The notes under the pieces were generated by a model, which had not been told where the DNA came from, ran no database searches, and worked only from the letters and a program-made list of their open reading frames with translations. This document shows, piece by piece, positions 39,014-51,600 of a stretch of DNA of 64,000 bases. Location: the NCBI GenBank assembly GCA_964106645.2, contig OZ067040.1. The stretch is one strand, 5' to 3'. The stretch comes from Podarcis pityusensis (lineage: Eukaryota). The position numbers and the translations under genes are program-made. Numbering within the stretch: the first letter of the stretch is position 1; every line of letters begins with the position of its first letter.

Positions 39014-41479
39014 TACACTGATGACAATGTAATCACAAGGCAAAAGGGGCAGGGGAAAGTGGTGTGTCTCAGTTTTCATTGTGGCATCACATATGAGCTC
39101 CACCTTTTATATAAAATTTCCTCAAAATTTTTTAACTAGCATACATGGTTTTCTCCCACCCGCATTTTAACTGCTGTGGTAGCTTAGTCTAGCATATATT
39201 GAATGGCTGAACAGAGATTGGATCCTAAGTGTCCTTAGTCCTAGTGTAACGCAGGTATGTGCACAGGAGCAGTAACTGCAACTGTGCTCTATAATGGTAA
39301 TTAATGCTGTGCCGGCAGCTCGCTTTTGTACTCTGCTGAATATCATCAGTGCCCACACTATCAATGGTGGGCAAACAGAGTTTAGCCTTCCAACGCCCAC
39401 CGTCATTGTTTCAATCAAATGAAAAGCAAAATAGCTATTTCATGATAGGCAAAAAGAATCACCATTCTTTTTTAGTGATAGGCAAGAAAAAGCCTGCGTT
39501 GAAAAGTTGTTTGTTAATAATTTTGTTTTTGTAATTTCTGCTTTTTATTTTTAAATTACCAGGGACCTAGAAAGCTCTGAGACATATCCATGTCAAAGTG
39601 AGACTTATATCTTGGTATAGTGGGTGGGGTAGACAGCTTCAGTATGACTACATTGTTTTTCCACTCCATGTGAAGTGACTCAGGCCACTTCATGTTACAT
39701 GAGTTGCATGTTCACTGCTTCTGTAGGACAAGTTCTGTTGCTTATTAGCAGCAACGTTTATAGGAAGCTGTCATGTCAGTTGCCATGGATATCTGAGGTT
39801 GCCCATCACTGTAGGACAGTGACATGGTGGGAAGAAACCATGTCAGTCACATGATTTGTTCCCACAGATGTTATGGAAGCAATAGACAGAAACTGATCTC
39901 TGGCCACCCTGAATGGGATGGTCATTTTAATTTATACTCCTGATTTGGAGAGCTAGCCTTCTGTAACTTCCAGCCATGTGATAAAGCTGAGGTTATAAAG
40001 ATCCCTCCCCAAATCAATGTATTTCTGAGTAGCTACAGGAATGTGTTGGTGTGTGGGTTACCATATCTCTATAGGCCACAGACTTACTATGTCAATGCTG
40101 AGTATGTTTTTAAGTAGCCTCTATTGTTGTTAATAGTCCTCTGATTCTATCTCAGCATCAGTTAATTACCCAAGTCAAGGTGGCCAGATTTCTTTACTTT
40201 AAACAAATGTTTCTTCCTACTGCATATCCAATTACCTTTATACCCATCAGCGTGATGCCCTTACCACCTTTCTTGTGGAATTACGTACCAGTAACAGTTA
40301 AGCCAGGACACTTGTTTGGCGCTGTTGTCCTACTTATGTCCAACGGTATGAGTACTTCTCTATTAGAAGATGCCAAAGGTCTTTACACAGATATGTACTA
40401 TTCTCAGTACTGCGTCACCTAGAATGACATATAATCCCTTTCACCTTCTTCTGTAAGAACTTCAGGAGGGTGATGGTACGGTGTATGCATCAGACAGAAT
40501 GGACATTTCTTCGAACAATGCAGATTTCCATATAGACAGGTAGTTGTGTTTTGCATTTTTATAGCAAGTCCAAACAAGTTTCTGCCCACGTAAGAGGAAA
40601 GGCATGATAATAATAATAAAAAACATGTCTGCTGATGTGATGTAAAAAGGAAAAGTAGGAGACTTGTCCTTTGGTGAACTGACTGGGTGATGTTTGTAAT
40701 ATTGTGAGTGACTATAATTGGAACTATGCATCATCATAACTGTTGTGAGCTGAAGGATTCCTCAATGAAGGACAAGGACCACTGAAGGAAGTTAGGCATC
40801 TGGTTTGTTTGGTAATGAGAAATAGGAATGCAAGGTCTGTGCGCTTAATAATAAACAAACAGGACACTGTATGCCATCATCACAGGATGTCCTTCCTTCA
40901 AGGCAATTCACTAACAGGGAGAGGAGGAAAAAGAAACAGCACATGTTCCTCTTAATTATATTCACACCAATACTTCTTTGATCAGCAACATGCTCTTTAA
41001 GTGATTGTGTCTAATGAAAGCATCACTGATGGAACTTTTCTTTCTGTTAGCATATGACCCATTCTCTCTTAAAGCAAGGACAGGCTTAGTTTCCACTTTG
41101 AAATGATGCACTTTTAAAATAGTGCAAAGTTAAGGCTGAAATCTTACATTCACTTACCTTGGAGCAAGTCCTGTTGGACTCAGTGGGGCTTACTTTTCAG
41201 CAGACATGTGTAAGATTACCTTGTAAAATATAAAACTACTCAGAATTGTAAGAAAATATGCAACCTGGAGAAAAATATTATTATAAATACTTTTTTTGGA
41301 AATTGTAAGCATGTTTGTTCGAAAAATGCCCAGTTAAAATAAACAGACTTAAGCACTAGGTAATAGTTTCTAGTGTTACACCACCAAATGTTTGTCCTTT
41401 TGCATGTGAGTTAAGCTGGATGCCAGCAGAATGTTAGCAGACATACGTGTTAACAGGAAAAACTGTATTGGTGTGATCT

Positions 41480-41650
41480 GCTGAAAGGAAAAATTCCTTC
41501 TGACTGGATCAGAGTTTCATTGGATATACCTGTGTGAGTTACAGGTATAGCCCCACCCCCTGCTCTTGGCAGCCGTGACTGTGAGTAAATCAGATGAGTG
41601 GCTAATAGGAAACCTGAAACAGGGAGGAGAAAGGAAGAGTCTGTTTGGTT
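41480..41650 (+). promoter_or_regulatory. PRDM1: PRDM1 proximal promoter (TATA-less)
   Basis: Directly upstream of the exon 1 homolog; GCCCCACCCC Sp/KLF box at ~41550-41559; kB-like GGAAAAATTCC at 41487-41497. Confidence 0.6.
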
Positions 41651-41898
41651 AACACAGACTGAAAGTATCGTAACATTCAGCCCTCCAGTGTTTCAAAGAA
41701 GTTGAAGCAGTAAGTGCAGCAGCACCTGTCTGACAGTAAAGACAGAGCCAGAAGCAGAAGCAGAAGCAAAAGAAGCTAGCTCTATTGGTATTACTTGAAC
41801 CCGGCCAGTGGAAGAAGTAATGTTTACTCTGTAGATATGTGTGAGACTTACCTGAAACGTCGGGCTGCCAGCTGGAATTATTTGTGGACTGTACCTTG
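41651..41898 (+). other. PRDM1: PRDM1 exon 1 (5' UTR, contains uORF starts)
   Basis: AACACAGAC...GCCCTCCAGTGTT...GCACCTGTC and ...GTAGATATGTGTGAGACTT...GTGGACTGTACCTTG resemble the recalled human PRDM1 mRNA 5' end; donor TTG|GTAAGA at 41898/41899; TSS approximate. Confidence 0.8.
41820..41834 (+). other. uORF1 (MFTL*) in the PRDM1 leader
   Basis: ATG TTT ACT CTG TAG; first ATG downstream of the inferred TSS. Confidence 0.7.
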
Positions 41899-43484
41899 GT
41901 AAGAAATTTTCTTCCTACTCCTGTCCGGGAGTAGGGAGATGATTTTAGCACTCTTTTGAATGGAGACGGCAAACCTGTTAAGGTTCTCCTTGGAGACTTT
42001 CTCTTTAAGTTCGAGAGACCTTTGTTTTTATGATGATTAATTCTTTCACTGTTAGTGGCAACTGCCGGTTCACTGAGTTTCAGTATTAGTTCTCTTGTCA
42101 TAGCCTACAAAGTGGTAAAGGTATTGTTCAGATTGTACTAGGGTTTGATCTCATCAAGCCCACTGAAAGCACCGTATGAAGAACTATTAAATCTGCTCAA
42201 TGCTGTGAGGAAGTGTGGAATTAAGTTGATAACTTTGTTCTTCCAAACACTTCATCTTCTGAAAAACACTTCTTTGAGTTGGAAATATGACCCTGCTTTA
42301 CTCAGATACAAATGAAAATCTCTGGTAGGATTAGCAGTACAATGCTGGAGCCTAAAGCCTTTGTTTTGGAAAATGCTGTAGTTTAATCCAGTAACTTTAT
42401 ACCTGGGGAAACAAAATGATATGTTAACATTATCTTTTTAATGGGTAAGTAAAACTTAATTCTGTAAGTGTGTTCTTCAGATATTTAGTTTTTCCACAGA
42501 ATACTATTACTCCGCTTCTTTTAAAATATGTTCTTTTCTGAATGAGAGTAGAACACAAATAGTATGTGCTAACAATTATAGGAGCCCTAAAAAAAATATT
42601 TTCCTGATATTGTAGATGGGAAACTGAAGCAGAGGGGAGGCTTGCCTGTGGAAAGAGAGTACATGGCTGAGGTTTAAAACAGTGAGCCAATGCCATACAG
42701 CATATCTAATGCAGTTCAATCCCTGTATTGATGGTAGATTTTGCACTTTGTATTTAATTCTGTTGGAAGGCACAGAAAACAATACTACTGTATTTTTGTC
42801 TCTTTCTGATCCAAGTGGATATTTCTAGTTATTTCAGACTGGCTGTTTTCAGACTGATGTTGGTAGGATACAGTCTCCCTCAGCTGTCTGTGTGTCAGAG
42901 GATAAGAGGATGTCAATAGAGGGGAGGGGAGCGTTGTTTTTGAAAGTTGTTTGTGTGTTAGAAGCCGGTGGGAAAGTTCAGCCTTCCCCATTTGGAAAAG
43001 GCAAGCCTGTGTTCCGCTCGTCCAACGTGCACTTTCCATTTTTAGCCCATTCAGACGCAGACAGCAGTTCCTTCCTTTTCCTTTCCTTGTTTATGACACT
43101 TTTCCAAGGCAGCTTTTCCACAGGCTCTTTTGCACACAAAGCCTTGAATCTGCAGATTCATCCCCCCACCCCTACTGTTCAGATACTGAGGGAAGGTTCT
43201 AAAGAGGTGTGCACAGGTGCTGTTCTCAGACATGCTTTTCCTATTACTTTTTGTGACTTTGTTATTTTTACCAGCCCCAGCTCTTGAAAGCATTCCTTCA
43301 AAGAAGGCAGCTCAATTTATAGGGTATAGGGTATATGGTGTCAGTCCTCAGCTATCCCACTAATGCCATCTATTTGCCAATAGACAGCATTTAGGTCACA
43401 ATGCTAGAGGTGCTGAGAAAGGAATGGGAAGTAAATTTTCTTTTCTTTTCCAGGCTGCCACACTGTGTAGCTCGTATATTGTGA
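41837..43484 (+). other. spliced uORF2, 30 aa (MCETYLKRRAASWNYLWTVPWLPHCVARIL*); 41837-41898 joined to 43454-43484
   Basis: Open frame across TG|G at the exon 1/2 junction; TGA at 43482-43484, 36 nt before the main ATG. Confidence 0.7.
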
Positions 43485-43520
43485 ATCCCAGAGCAGCGAA
43501 GAAAAGGACCAGAGTTGATA

Positions 43521-43703
43521 ATGAAAATGGACATGAAGGATGCTGACATGACTCTATGGACAGAGGCTGAATTTGAAGACAAGTGTACCTACATTGTAAA
43601 TGATCACCCCACGGAGCCCAGCACAGAAGGCTGCAATGTAACCCAGGCTGAGTCTTCCTTGCCAAGGAACTTGATTTTCAAATATGCAGGACATGGCAAA
43701 GAG
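43521..43703 (+). CDS. PRDM1: PR domain zinc finger protein 1 (Blimp-1), exon 2 coding part (exon 43454-43703)
   Basis: [30 protein letters not shown]...[10 protein letters not shown]; acceptor TTTTCCAG|; donor GAG|GTAAGA; an in-frame upstream TGA fixes the start. Confidence 0.97.
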
Positions 43704-46504
43704 GTAAGAACATGTTTGCAAAGGATGATTCAAACCACGTAGCCAGATCACATTGTTCTTGGAAGTGCGTTTGTCTTCTTGATTTCCACATTCTTTAATG
43801 TTTGGGTGCCACGGCTTTCCGAGGTTCATCCCTAGAAATGCACCTGGAGAAAATACCTTCTGCACAGGAAAGCACAAACATCTCCAAACTGGCATAAATC
43901 GACTTATGTCTGCGTTGCTAAATAGACAAGAATGTTACTTAATTTAGGAATGGAAATTTCTAAAGATTGTATTGTAGATTCGGGTTCTAAGCATACCTAT
44001 CTGTAGGAGAGAACAATATTCTCTACTCCTGGATCAGGTAGTGAAATACTATGGTTGCATTGAAATGGGTTGCTTTTCCTTGAATTATTAGACAAAGGTG
44101 TTTTTTTTAATAGGCTTATTGTATCAGTTCTTTATAGGGTTCCAAGAAGAAAGGATGATGTTAAGGCCAGGTCATTAAATAAGTAGCCTGTATTTATGTG
44201 ACTTGTTTATCTAGGGCAGTGCACCTTTATTTGTAGCTGGACGCACAGGTATATTTCATTCCATGTCTCTGGAGTGGGTACATTCTTTGTTGTTGTTTCA
44301 GAAGGGCTGGAAAAAATTATCCCAGATGAGCAATTGGTTGCCTGTTTATTCCTTCATATAGAGTAGCTATTATAGCTAGGCGTGAAGTTCAGCTAGTTAA
44401 TAATGGTAGGGACGGCCCATCATTTTTGTCCCTGTCCTGCAACTTGTGGTGGAACAGCTATAACCTGTGCTGCTACTGTGGCTAAATAAACTGACCACGG
44501 AGCTAAGGGAGGGTGTAAATTCATTCCTTTCTAGTTATTAAATGTATCCTCCTACAACAAACAGCATAGAAAGGCTTGCATGTAGAAAGGGGACCAGAAC
44601 TTCAACTGATATAAACTGGATCCGGATGTCACAGTTTTGGGGAATGACCAGGAAACTTGTAATAGGCTAGTTATCTCTATGGACTTACATTATTTCACAC
44701 TCCCATATAGCCCAATTAAATGATTAGCTATGAGAAACAGAATTAGAAGCTTTAAAATGTACCTAGTATATACCATGCACATGACTTAGGTGGGGATACT
44801 GTGAAACTGTTGACAAATGGCACTTAATTGATCAGCCTGAACATCAGCTAATTTGTAGGAAGCAGCTAACATCATTTTTCTGTGCTAGGGTGGCCTTGCT
44901 TGCTTGGTTTGATCTTCTTTGCCACATCACAAGCTGGCTGAAAAAACTTTTTTAAAATTGCTGGCTTTGTATTGGCAAACATGAATATGTGTAAATAATG
45001 GATTGGATCCAGAGTTAAGCACAGAGCTAGCTGACATTCCTGCTTGCCGTTGCAACCCACCCCCCTGCCCCCAAACATGCTTCACCAAGAGGTCTAAGCC
45101 TCTGCTGAGTGGGATGGACTGTGGGAGAAGGGGGGTCCCCCAAAATGAGGCAGAAGCACCTTCCACCTGTGGGAGTTCCACTTATGGAAGGTACCATGGC
45201 ATGATTTTGGGGGGGATCCCCCTTCCCCCGTAATCCATTCAGCAGAGGCTCCTAATCCTCAGTAGAGCTTTTTGGGCTCTCGTGGTTTGCTGTAGGGAAT
45301 AGGAAGTCCAGCTCCCATTTACTCTTTTATATACGCTGAACTCTGAGCATACTGGGTTACATCTGTCTTACTACACACAGGTCTGGAACTACTGCCGAGG
45401 CTGTTTTGAACAGTACTTTAAGTTCTTGAAATGTTTGTGGTTGTTTCTCATAATTAACTACTTATCTGGATTCTTCTAAGGAATCTGGATAGCCAGTATC
45501 CTCATTTGATTTCATTATAGTCTCCTTTGTCAAGTGAAAAGTTAGCAGAAGGAAATACTTATTCTTCCTTGATTCCATGCCCCTCACACTCCCTTTAGAA
45601 TTGAGATATCTGTAACTTTCTTCATTATGTGCTGCCACAGATTTAACTATGTTTGGGGCCTTTACCATGTTCCTTTTCACATTCTCATAATTGTCATTTG
45701 ATCGGCAGGGTGGGGTGGGGGGGCTAAGATCAAGAGATGGTGAGTTGCCCAATCTTGTGGCTAGCCCCAGATCAAAATCCAATAATCTGTTTACTGGTCT
45801 GGATTTCAGCTGATTCATTAATGGAAAACAAAATAAGAGATACCTGCTCTGCTTTCAAGAATAATGCCAATATAACTCAATAAATCTAATACTTACTCCT
45901 CATTTACAAAGAAATGGTTGGAGAACAGCATCTTTTATACGGGCATGGGCTAAACAAAGCTTTTGGTAGATTTTGGTAGGCTCAATTTGCACAAATAAAC
46001 ATTCTCTGTCATAATATTTTTGAGAGATTACTCAAATATCACCTCATGTAATTATGTAAGTAATGAGCTGATTTAATGGAGAAAAACATGCTTATGAAAT
46101 ATTAATGCTGTCATTAACATCTGTAGTTAGAGTAATGTTCCGAGATACACCTGTGTTGTGTATGTGCACATGCATGTGCTTGGATTGTATTTTTTTACTA
46201 ACCTTTCCATGACGGCTTGTCAATTACTTGGAGATTATGTAGTGGTATCATTTTAAAGTGACTGACTTCAGTTCTTATTTTTTGAGGCTTTGTTTATCTA
46301 TATAGGAACATTCATTGTAAGGTATATTCGGCTGTTTGATCACAGCTAAATAATTTAATTCAAGTGAAATTGGATAAATTGTTGGACATATGATCTGTGT
46401 TGTAACTACTCCTAAATCTTATTTATTTATACTATTTCTATGATCAACGATAAAATACTGAAAGCAGGCTAGGGGGCAGTGGGGGGGGGGGAGCTAATAC
46501 ACAT

Positions 46505-46910
46505 TAAAAAGCCTGGGTAAATAGGTGTTTGCCTTGCCTGCAAAATAAAACAGAGATGGGACTAAGCAGGTCTTATTTGGGAGAACATTCTAAGCCAAGG
46601 CTGCTATGACAGAGAAAGCTCTATTGAGGGGTCATCATGAAGAACCTACAGAGTAGCTTCCAGTGAGGACGTTAATACCTGGATAGAATAATGTGGGAGA
46701 AAGCAGTCCTTTGAGTTATATTAGGTCCCACTATTTAAGGCTTTAAAAGTCAAAGCCAGCACCTTGAATTGGGTCCAGAAACCACTGCAGCTATTTTAAG
46801 AGTAGTGAGATGTGTTCCACACACATTGCTCCAGTATATCCTAGCTGCCGTATTTTGTACTAACTGCACTTTATGAGCAGTCTTCAAAGGTTAGCCCACA
46901 TAAAACACAT
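46505..46910 (-). mobile_element. L2 LINE 3' fragment, followed by a CORE-SINE fragment (~46945-47018)
   Basis: TTTAAGGCTTTAAAAGTCAAAGCCAGCACCTTGAATTGG and CTAGCTGCCGTATTTTGTACTAACTG (reverse of QLVQNxAAR); CCCACAACAACCCCATGA. Confidence 0.65.
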
Positions 46911-47532
46911 TTTATTTATTACATGGCATTTACATCTTACCTTGGTGCGCATTGTTCTCCCACTCATCATTTAATCCCCACAACAACCCCATGAATTAGG
47001 CTAGGCTGAGAAGCAGTGTTAGATTTTTATAAACATAAAATTTATCAAGGTGGCTTGAAGAAAGTCAGTATTTAAACCTTTATATAACATAGTATGCTGA
47101 CCCATGAGCTAGACATCCATCACTTACGTGCCTTCTTTATGTATAAAAGGATAGCTGCTAATGCTGTTGCTATGTGTATTTGTGAAAAGGAAACAATAAG
47201 AAAACATTTCCTCTCGCTCCACCCTTCTAAAAAGAATAAATTATAGGATGTAGGCCCTCTTTTCAGCTGCATCATTCTTTCAGTCACCATAGCTGAAAAA
47301 CAAAAGAACGAAAGTTTTCATTGTTCAAAACAACATGCTAAGTGAACAAGTCATCATGGTAATACTGGGGAAGTGGAAGTTAAATTAACAGGGAGTTAAA
47401 ATTAAATCATTCTTTCTCGACACCTGGCTGTCAATCCAGTTCCTACTTGTTTGGTTAAGTATTGTTTGATTCGGTATTATATTAGGGCCCACTGAAATAG
47501 TAATAGCATGTGTGTTTAACTACATACATACT

Positions 47533-47724
47533 TCCAGTAGCACCTTTAAGACCAACTAAGTTAGTTCTTGGTATGAGCTTTCGTGTGCAAGCACACTTCT
47601 TCAGATGAAGAAGTGTGCTTGCACACGAAAGCTCATACCAAGAACTAACTTAGTTGGTCTTAAAGGTGCTACTGGAAGGATTTTTTTATTTTGACTATGG
47701 CAGACCAACACGGCTACCTATCTG
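47533..47724. mobile_element. Penelope-like element remnant: inverted pLTR pair with hammerhead core
   Basis: Perfect inverted repeat 47531-47603 / 47606-47678; TGAAGAAGTGTGCTTGCACACGAAAGCTCATACC; ends CAGACCAACACGGCTACC; 16-bp direct repeat TAACTACATACATACT at 47517-47532 and 47725-47740. Confidence 0.85.
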
Positions 47725-48567
47725 TAACTACATACATACTGCTCTTGATGGCAGTTATTTCTAAAGCTATTTTTAAGAAAGAAAGAACTCTTCAGGAGAC
47801 ATATTCCCATTTCTTTCACCTTAAAAATTAAAAAAAAAAAAAAGAATTGGAGAGAAAACTATGGGGTACCATATCTTGTCCAGAGGCTCCCATCATGTCA
47901 GGCACAGGCTAGTGACAGAGACAAATGTAGTGAAATAGCTGAAAGGTCAGGGATGCCCATAAAGTATCTTTGGAAGTGGCTTCTGTCAGGACAGATGAAG
48001 AACGAGAGAACTGAATCTTTTCAACTGCACACTGAAGTGTTTATAGAAGGCATACAGTAGCTCCGGCAATAATTCATTAGGACCCTGGTCAGTTCCAACA
48101 GTTGTTTTCTTCCTGAGTTCAGAAAATGTGTCATCTTTTTAAAGGGCCTTTTTAAAGGGCCTTTTAAACACCACTTGAGTAAAGAAGTAATTCTGTAGCT
48201 TGTACACCTGAAGCACTAGTAAAAGCAGAGTGGGGATCTTTTTACAAACCAGTATGAACTGGAATATTTGAGATCCTGTTGCTTTCTGATAGTAAAGAAA
48301 CAGCTGCCTGCCTCTTCGTAGTTGGCTTTCAGCTGACTGTCACAGGATGATGTTAGTGTCGTTATGCCACATAACATGTTAAACTCACTAGGCAGGGGGA
48401 CACGTTAACTCCACCTTTTAGTGCTATGGAACTCTGGCTTTATATACTTCAGGTATGTAATTCCTAAGCACTGAGGGAATAATTGGGTAGTATTTAAGTG
48501 TAAAAATATTTCATTGGGAGAGGTATGCATGTTTCCAGGTGTTGATGTCGTGGCTGTATTTTTAGAG

Positions 48568-48689
48568 CAAGGATAAGGAAACCTCTAAATGTTGTTGGAC
48601 TTCAATTTCCATCAGCCCTAGCCAATAGTTAAGGATGATGGGACTTGTTGTCCAGTAGGATCTGGAGGACGACTAATTCTTCACCCTTG
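48568..48689. mobile_element. short palindromic hAT-like element
   Basis: CAAGG...CCTTG ends; TSD TTTTAGAG / CTTTAGAG; GGACTTCAATTTCCATCA...TGATGGGACTTGTTGTCC core. Confidence 0.65.
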
Positions 48690-51600
48690 CTTTAGAGGGG
48701 GGGGAAGAAAATGTCCTTAACTGTTATCATTGGAGGTAATGTTAAACTGTAACAATGTAGTGAACTTGAAAAAATATGCCATTATGATTGACATGAGAAT
48801 CTGGAAGAAAACAGATGCTAAAGAGGGGTTTTTAACATTCATAAGAGCACCTATATAGTTTTTACAGGGTCTGTCATATATTTGATGTTCTAAGTTTGTA
48901 CAGTGTCATTTATAAAACAGGTGTGCCTAATGACACCTTGTGGACAAATGCGAAATGTCAGTTTATGCCTGGAGTAGCCAATAAGGCCTAATTAACTTCC
49001 ATTTCTGTCTTTTGGTTTGTAATGGGAGTATTTTTCTGGTGTTTGTGTACAAGCTAAGGCCTCTGTGATGACTAATAACAATAATATGGTCATGAAATAG
49101 GCCAATTCATCATGATATGAACTTTCTTGTGAACCCCAGCCAAAGTCTTTCCCCCAGTTTGGGCAGAATCTTGGGTGTATACAGAAGGACTGTAACATTC
49201 AGAATCTCCTGTTTTAGTACTTTAAGCTTTTCCCTGTTGTTAAATCCCTAGAAACCACAATTTAGATATAGCTGTTCTAAAATGTATTTGTTAAAACATC
49301 TGCTTAATTACTGGTTAATGACCTATGACAATATTCTGCATATTGTGAAAGAGGTACGTGCTGTTTACAGTAAATATTGAACTAAAATAGGCCTTTGCAG
49401 ACAAGACGTTTTTCATGCATCTTTCTGATGCACACTTTCCCAGCCCTGGATACATTTGTATTGCTCTTCCCTCTCAGAAAGCACATCTGATGGTATTGCC
49501 TTGCCTTCTGGAATACCATGCAACTGTAAAGGGCACCTGTTGGTTACTGCCCTTGAAGTGAATTGCAAAAAGTGACACAGCTTTCTCTCTCTCTCTCTCG
49601 TTCTCCCTTTTCTTCTTCAAGCAATAATCTACCACCTGAGAAGTTTTTATAGGATGGGATTTTTTAAAAGGAAAAAATCTGGGAAGGTTGTGTATTTCGT
49701 TTCTGTTTAGAGTTTGCAACCTTCAGGCAGTATGGTCCAAATTGGCAAGGGTTCTGAGCAAGATGCAAACATTCTACTCTGTCCTCATTTCCCTTGCCAC
49801 CAATAGGCTTAACTCGCCTATTTGCTGCCCATTCCCTCCTCCATATGCACACACTATGGGAATAGGATATCACACAGTCATCTTTCCAAAGGGCATAGTG
49901 CAAAGTATAAAATACTGTTGGGGCATGCATGCTTTGTATGACTGTACAAAAATCCCCAAACTGTTTCTATTTGACAAGTTCCAAGTAATACTGATTCCTA
50001 GACGTTCTGAAAACCTCAGTATGCTTTGAATTAAACTTAAAAGATATCAGAGTGTGTATGTGTGTGTATTAACTGCATTAAGAGCAAAGACCTATCTTAC
50101 GTTCAAACTGCAAGTACACGTCGTATGCTGGCTGTGAACTTTTCTTGAAAGTTTAACAGAATGTAAATCAAGAAAGATGGGGAAAGCAAGAAGAACATCT
50201 GCCTTTTTCACCTCTCTATGAAAAATGCACGGGAATGACAAAAATAAACACAGTCATTAGGCATGTTTCTACTTGTTTTTGAAAGTCCCTGTTCATTCTG
50301 TTTTCAGTGCAGATGCACAACTGGTTTGACTTAAAAAAAAAAAAAAGACTTTGAAAACATACATGAAACAATAGCTACAAACTCTCCAGTCAGAGTCATG
50401 GCAGGCAGAATCCTACATTTCAGTGTTTGTTCTTGTTCTGTTCTGTTAAGGGTATTTCCACTCTGCCGACATAAACTGCTTTAACAGAGAATGCTAGCAG
50501 TTGTAGTTTTGCAGGAAGGGCAAGGACTTCTATCAGAGAAGTCTCAGGCATTGTGCAACTACAATTCCCATAATTCTTTGAGAAGCCATACCAGTAAAAT
50601 TATGTTTCTGTAGTAGAGACAGGGCCTCAAGAGTTTAGCTGGTAGACTGTGGAGTATTTAGTGGGGTGTGTGTGTCAGCACAAAGAATTGGCAAAGCAGG
50701 CAGGCAGGCAACAGTATGATCAGTTGGATAATGCTAATTATAGACTCAAGCAGCTAGATGTCCTTTATCTGAAAAAGTATAACATATCTGAATACTTAAG
50801 AGATGTGTTCGTTTCTGAATAAGTTCTTCAAAGACCAGGTGGAGGATAGTTACAGGCATGGGAAGGATGCAGAAAGTTAAACCTTTGCTGCCTGCCCATG
50901 AAGCAATAATCCTTTCCATAAATAAAAATAAAATAAAGCAAGAGAGTTGCCTCTGGTCTTCCAGTATAAAAACAGTAGATAGTTACTGTGGCTCAAAAGC
51001 TAGTTAATTTTGCAAAATAGTGAATATATTACATTCACTAATAATTGCACACTGTAATTTAAGTACAGTACTTATATTACAGTAGACTTGAGTAAAGGGA
51101 GAGGCCATACTGGGATGTTACGTTGTAGTTAATATGTCTATTTTCAAGTTAAGTACAGTGGATCCATAATGCAATTTTGTCCTTTCATTATTTTGGCAGA
51201 CATAATGAAACTGGTTAGTAATGTGAGAAGAACATGACTCATTAGCTTTAACATGAATGTTTACTAAGTCTGTGGAACAAATGTCTTATATTCATCCCCC
51301 ACTTTCCATTCAAGCTGCAGACACCAGTATTTTGAAGTCCTTATTCATGTTTCCTAGTTTACTGACTCTGTTGGTATATACAATATAGAGAGCAAATTAA
51401 AATTTAGCAGGCTTAGTGGAGGTGAAAAGAATGAGAGGAAAGCCCCTTTACTTAAGCACTGTATTGTAAAGGAGATACTGACAGGCATGCCTTTCTGATA
51501 AATAATGACCTTATTCCTGTTTTGGGATGCATGGTTTAATTACTGGTAAGGAGGAAGCTGAAGTGCTAGTATATTTTACACTTCCCATAGTGACTCTGTT

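Noticed and set aside
436-41000. Dozens of 60-140 aa ORFs from the track
   Set aside because: No recognisable domains, many non-ATG starts, and overlap with repeats; expected noise in eukaryotic non-coding DNA (except the LPCAT3-like frame)
41649-42101. 150-aa antisense ORF over exon 1
   Set aside because: No recognisable homology; includes low-complexity FCFCFC from CAGAAG repeats; local conservation is explained by the sense exon
43482-43487. Stop-codon readthrough fusing uORF2 to Blimp-1
   Set aside because: Context is TGA-ATC, not the TGA-CTA readthrough motif, and the in-frame relation does not hold in the recalled human sequence
48136-48168. 13-bp tandem duplication TTTTTAAAGGGCC
   Set aside because: Ordinary slippage duplication
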